Sequence record: OR637327.1
Strand: one strand, 5' to 3'
Length of the DNA stretch: 64,000 nucleotides
Source: Klebsiella phage iPHaGe-KPN-11i
Shown: one piece after another, positions 60,504 through 64,000 of the stretch
How the letters are laid out: each line of letters opens with the position of its first letter
Position numbering within the stretch: the first letter of the stretch is position 1
The notes under the pieces: model-generated
The model's input: only the letters and a program-made list of their open reading frames with translations
Database searches by the model: none
Told to the model about the DNA's origin: nothing
Program-made: the position numbers and the translations under genes

Positions 60504-62627
60504 TTAATTTTGATGCTTAGTTCGGTGCATCATTTCTTTGTTCTTACCTTCGTTGAAACCACGAACCGCAGGAGCACCCAGATAACCGCATGTACGGCGC
60601 GTGACGCTCATTTTAGCCGGATCGTGATTGCCGCAGTGCTTACAGTGGAAACCTTCTTCTGTAGGCGTGAACTCGTCATCAGAGCCACATACAAAGCACT
60701 TATCGACCGGAAGGTTAGTTCCGAAGTAATCCAGTTTATCCATCGCATAATCCCAGACTTTTTCCAGGGCTTGCAGATTGTTTTTCATATCAGGAAATTC
60801 AACATAACTGATATGACCAGCAGTAGCGATGTAATGATAATCGGCTTCATAGTCGATTTTCTCGAACGGTGTTACCTTGCGGTCAACGTCCAGATGGAAA
60901 CTGTTTGTGTACCAGCCTTTATCCGTGACACCTTTGACGCTTCCGAACTTCTCAAAGTCCAGCTTACAGAAGCGATGGCAGAGAGATTCCGCAGGGGTTG
61001 AATACAGGCTGAAACCATATCCTGTTTTCTTCTTCCATGCTTCGGTTGCAGCGCGGAGATATTCAATGATCAATCGACCTAATTTCTGGGAGCCGATACG
61101 ATCGAATGGATGCTGGCCTGAGCCAAACATCAACAGCGTTTCATGCAGTCCAATATAACCCAGACTGATAGAGCTACGCCCATTTTTGAACAGTTCCAGA
61201 ATTTCATCATCCGGTTTCAGTCGGACACCAAAAGCACCTTCTGTGTACAGGATCGGCGCAACACTGGCTTTAACACCGCGTAGGCTTTCGATACGAGTCA
61301 TCAGGGCTTCAAAACACAGTTCCAGACGTTCATCAAGGATGCGCCAGAATGCGTCGTGCGCGTCTTCTTCTTCCTGTGCTTCTGCTTCAATAGCGATGCG
61401 TGGGAGGTTGATTGTCACCACACCCAGGTTATTACGTCCATCAAGAATTTCATTACCGTTATCATCATGCCACACGCTAAGGAAACTGCGACAACCCATA
61501 GGAGATACAGGAACGCTAGAACCAGTAATAGCACGGTTGTTAGCTGAACTAATGATATCTGGGTACATGCGTTTAGAAGCACATTCCAGGGCAAGTTGTT
61601 TGATGTCATAGTTGCGATCCTCTGGATCAAGGTTGATTCCTTTTTCCATGAACATAACCAGTTTCGGGAATACCGGAGTGATACCCTCTTTACCCAGGCC
61701 GCGAATACGGTTTTTCAGAATCGCTTTCTGGATCATGCGTTCACATCGGGATTGACCAGTACCGAACGTAATTGTAACAAACGGGGTTTGACCGTTCGCA
61801 GTATGCAGGGTGTTTACTTCGTATTCATATGACTGAAACGCGTCGAAAACATCCTTTTCAGTTTTATCTATTGCATACTGAACATCACGAGGGATTTGAT
61901 ACTTTTTGGCATCTTTAAAGTGCTTATCATATGTCATTTGAACATATGGAGCCAGCACTTTATCCACGTTCGCAAAGGTTGTCCCGCCGTACTGGTGAGA
62001 GGCAATCTGTGCGGTGATCTGCGCCATAAGAGCGGTAGCAACACCGATCGATTTAGGCGGTTCAATATCCGCGTTACCCATCTTGAAACCTTTCTCCAGC
62101 ATACCTTTCAGGTCAACCAGACAGCAGTTAGTGTAAGGGGTGAACGGGCTATAGTCCAGATCGTGATAGTGGATATCGCCGGAATCATGTGCTTCTACGA
62201 TGTGTTTCGGAAGGATATGATTACGGGCGAAATGCTTCGCTACGATACCAGCCAGCAAATCGCGCTGTGTCGGAAATACCCTTGCGTCTTTGTTCGCGTT
62301 CTCGTTGGTGATCTCTTTGTTGGTCAGATTCACCATGCCGGAGATATCTTTGAACAGCTTGCTTTTCTGTTCACGGGCAATATCGCGTTCGTGGCGATAT
62401 TCGATGTATGCACGGGCGACCGCTGGGTTCGTTTTCATCAGGGATTCTTCAACGAGTTCCTGGATACGGGCGATCTTCATTGCGCTACCATCACGGATCT
62501 GATTGTACTGAACCAGCATGATTGCGGCATCAGCATCCGTCATAGTCCCGCCAGCTTTTTCTACAGCAATACGGATTTTTTCTTTATCGAAATCGACGTT
62601 TTTACCGTCGCGTTTTTCTACTTTCAT
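60504..62627 (-). CDS. nrdD: anaerobic ribonucleotide reductase NrdD (class III, with N-terminal ATP-cone)
   Basis: N-terminal ATP-cone (KVEKRDGKNVDFDKEKIRIAV). C-terminal Zn site CFVCG...CKHCG and glycyl-radical motif RRTCGYLG. 707 aa, no intron or intein. Confidence 0.9.
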   Translation of the reverse strand: MKVEKRDGKNVDFDKEKIRIAVEKAGGTMTDADAAIMLVQYNQIRDGSAMKIARIQELVEESLMKTNPAVARAYIEYRHERDIAREQKSKLFKDISGMVNLTNKEITNENANKDARVFPTQRDLLAGIVAKHFARNHILPKHIVEAHDSGDIHYHDLDYSPFTPYTNCCLVDLKGMLEKGFKMGNADIEPPKSIGVATALMAQITAQIASHQYGGTTFANVDKVLAPYVQMTYDKHFKDAKKYQIPRDVQYAIDKTEKDVFDAFQSYEYEVNTLHTANGQTPFVTITFGTGQSRCERMIQKAILKNRIRGLGKEGITPVFPKLVMFMEKGINLDPEDRNYDIKQLALECASKRMYPDIISSANNRAITGSSVPVSPMGCRSFLSVWHDDNGNEILDGRNNLGVVTINLPRIAIEAEAQEEEDAHDAFWRILDERLELCFEALMTRIESLRGVKASVAPILYTEGAFGVRLKPDDEILELFKNGRSSISLGYIGLHETLLMFGSGQHPFDRIGSQKLGRLIIEYLRAATEAWKKKTGYGFSLYSTPAESLCHRFCKLDFEKFGSVKGVTDKGWYTNSFHLDVDRKVTPFEKIDYEADYHYIATAGHISYVEFPDMKNNLQALEKVWDYAMDKLDYFGTNLPVDKCFVCGSDDEFTPTEEGFHCKHCGNHDPAKMSVTRRTCGYLGAPAVRGFNEGKNKEMMHRTKHQN

Positions 62628-63106
62628 TTCGTTGCCTTCATTAATTGCTTTCTATATTTTGCGGTTAAGGCTTTGCGTTCGTCTTTGTCGGCGTACTCGA
62701 AGCCCATAGAAACCATTTCGGCAATCATATCAGGTTTGGTAAGTCTTGAAAACCATTTTACCTTATCTGGTATGAATTTGTCATGAATACGGTTTTCGGA
62801 ATAGTCTTGTTTCAGATATGCAAGCAAGTTCTCTAACCACTGGATGTAATCAACATCACGGGACACCAGACCGGATCTGTTGAATTTGTGCTTCACAATA
62901 CCTTCTGTACCGTTGCATAGGTTACACAGTAGGCCGCGCACACGTCCGGCGTTTTCGCCGTCTAAAGCATGGTCATGGTCAAGGTGATGTTTCTCGATCT
63001 CGCCCTCCAGGGGACGTTTACAGATAGCACAACAGCCCCCTTGTTTTTCAAAGAGAGCTTGCTTGATAGTTGGGTAGTCTTTTTTGGTAATTCGTTTCGT
63101 CAGCAT
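62624..63106 (-). CDS. 49: endonuclease VII (Holliday-junction resolvase) gp49
   Basis: HLDHDHALDGENAGRVRGLLCNLCNGTEGIVKHKFNRSGLVSRDVDYIQWLENLLAYLK matches T4 gp49 HLDHDHELNGPKAGKVRGLLCNLCNAAEGQMKHKFNRSGLKGQGVDYLEWLENLLTYLK. Confidence 0.95.
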   Translation of the reverse strand: MLTKRITKKDYPTIKQALFEKQGGCCAICKRPLEGEIEKHHLDHDHALDGENAGRVRGLLCNLCNGTEGIVKHKFNRSGLVSRDVDYIQWLENLLAYLKQDYSENRIHDKFIPDKVKWFSRLTKPDMIAEMVSMGFEYADKDERKALTAKYRKQLMKATK

Positions 63107-63138
63107 AATAACACCATTCAGTAAGGTGTCATTATTTA

Positions 63139-63408
63139 TTACAGGGTGCGGACGTACTCACGAAGTTGGTCGAACCCGCCTACGTGTTTCCCGTCATGGA
63201 AAATCTGAGGCATGGTCATCCGGCGCGTACCAACAAGCGCTTCGAGTTCATCGATCACCGCTTCGTTCAGTACAGGTTTACCGTCTTCCACGGAATCCGC
63301 AACAGACACGAACTCATACGGATGTTTTTTCGCGTCCAGCAAGCGCTTTGAGTTCAGGCACGGAGCGCAGTTATACACAGAAGGGATATAGCCATAAATT
63401 TTAAACAT
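63139..63408 (-). CDS. nrdC: thioredoxin/glutaredoxin NrdC
   Basis: MFKIYGYIPSVYNCAPCLNSKRLL...MPQIFHDGKHVGGFDQLREYV versus T4 NrdC MFKVYGYDSNIHKCVYCDNAKRLL...MPQVFAPDGSHIGGFDQLREYF. Confidence 0.93.
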   Translation of the reverse strand: MFKIYGYIPSVYNCAPCLNSKRLLDAKKHPYEFVSVADSVEDGKPVLNEAVIDELEALVGTRRMTMPQIFHDGKHVGGFDQLREYVRTL

Positions 63409-63414
63409 GTTAAC

Positions 63415-64000
63415 CTACATTAAATCGTTCAGTGTTAAAGGGAATGTATTTACGTCGCGTTTCTGGTAGTTGCACACGTAGACTTCTTGCGTTTTGTTTT
63501 GCTCGTAAGAGTCGGTATGCTGGCCTAACAGATACTTTTTATCCAGATTATGAACGCGGTATTTCTGCATCCATTCAATCAGGATATCATTTTGTTTTCC
63601 GGCATGGTGAGTCACGTTGGACAAACCAAACCAAATACCCCGCTCATGCAGGGAGTCAAGGAAAGCATATAACTCGCGTTCGTGATCTGCGTTCCAGAAT
63701 TTGTTATACACCGCATCAGTGATCAGATACGGAGGATCGCAATAAACAAAATCGTTATCGTTGATTTCAATATCAGAGTATGAACCAGAACGAAATTCAA
63801 TTCCTGTCACATTCTTTTTGAAATGTTCGAAACGTTTTTCTGTCATAAAGTTGAGGGTTCGTTTTCCTACAGCAGCGTTAAAATCGCCTTTGTCGTTTGT
63901 CCGGTTAACGTTGCTGAATGAATGCAGGATCAGGACATAGAGCCATAAAGGATCTTTATTCTGGTTGTATTCATCACGGAATTTCAGATACTCTTCTTTC
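63415..64000 (-). CDS. dam: DNA adenine methyltransferase Dam (DPPY type), C-terminal part; the N-terminus lies beyond the window end
   Basis: DFVYCDPPYLITDAVYNKFW...ELYAFLDSLHERGIWFGLSNV...EVYVCNY matches T4 Dam ([20 protein letters not shown]...LLDSLNDRGIKFGQSNV...EVYIFN). The reading frame stays open upstream to position 64000 (...KDPLWLYVLILHSFSNVNRTNDKGDFNAAVGKRTLNF-MTEK). Confidence 0.9.
   Translation of the reverse strand, partial: KEEYLKFRDEYNQNKDPLWLYVLILHSFSNVNRTNDKGDFNAAVGKRTLNFMTEKRFEHFKKNVTGIEFRSGSYSDIEINDNDFVYCDPPYLITDAVYNKFWNADHERELYAFLDSLHERGIWFGLSNVTHHAGKQNDILIEWMQKYRVHNLDKKYLLGQHTDSYEQNKTQEVYVCNYQKRDVNTFPLTLNDLM

Noticed and set aside
1-64000. tRNA, rRNA, group I introns and inteins
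   Set aside because: No cloverleaf-like GC-rich 75-nt segments were seen in the few non-coding gaps. nrdD, 43 and 41 are continuous and of normal length, with no intron or intein insertions.

Overview
The window is a gene-dense (about 95% coding) segment of a T4-like myovirus genome (Straboviridae / Tevenvirinae-like). No gene 42/beta-gt, alpha-gt or introns are seen, and many promoter-stem-loop repeats are present, so the organisation looks closest to the RB49-like (Krischvirus-type) lineage rather than T4 itself. There are four transcription blocks. (1) Minus strand, 1-6201: J-domain protein (partial), a Cys-rich T5orf172-like nuclease, gp46/gp47 (Rad50/Mre11) and the late sigma factor gp55. 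(2) Plus strand, 6523-41590: the DNA replication and early block, in order rnh, dsbA, 33, 59, 32, 45, 44, 62, regA, 43, uvsX, 41, an NPPF methyltransferase, 61, 56, dda, dexA, denV, 39(+60 fused), 52, rIIA, rIIB, interspersed with many small and mostly membrane ORFs. (3) Minus strand, 41573-52548: the late lysis and long-tail-fibre block, holin t, a short gp38 adhesin, two paralogous gp36/37-like distal fibre genes, gp35 and gp34. (4) Minus strand, 52604-64000: an SF1-like NTPase, NrdH-like redoxin, nrdG, a 3.5-kb insertion carrying a PspA/IM30-like gene, nrdD, endonuclease VII (49), nrdC and a partial dam. Non-coding structure includes at least seven copies of a promoter-in-terminator-hairpin element (PeSL-like: -35 TTGCA(T/G) inside the stem, N17-18, -10 TATATT), a conserved CGAAACGAAAC mRNA leader, T4-type late promoters (TATAAATA) in front of the tail-fibre genes, and a dyad-rich AT-rich divergent region between gene 55 and rnh. 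No tRNA, rRNA or CRISPR arrays were recognised.
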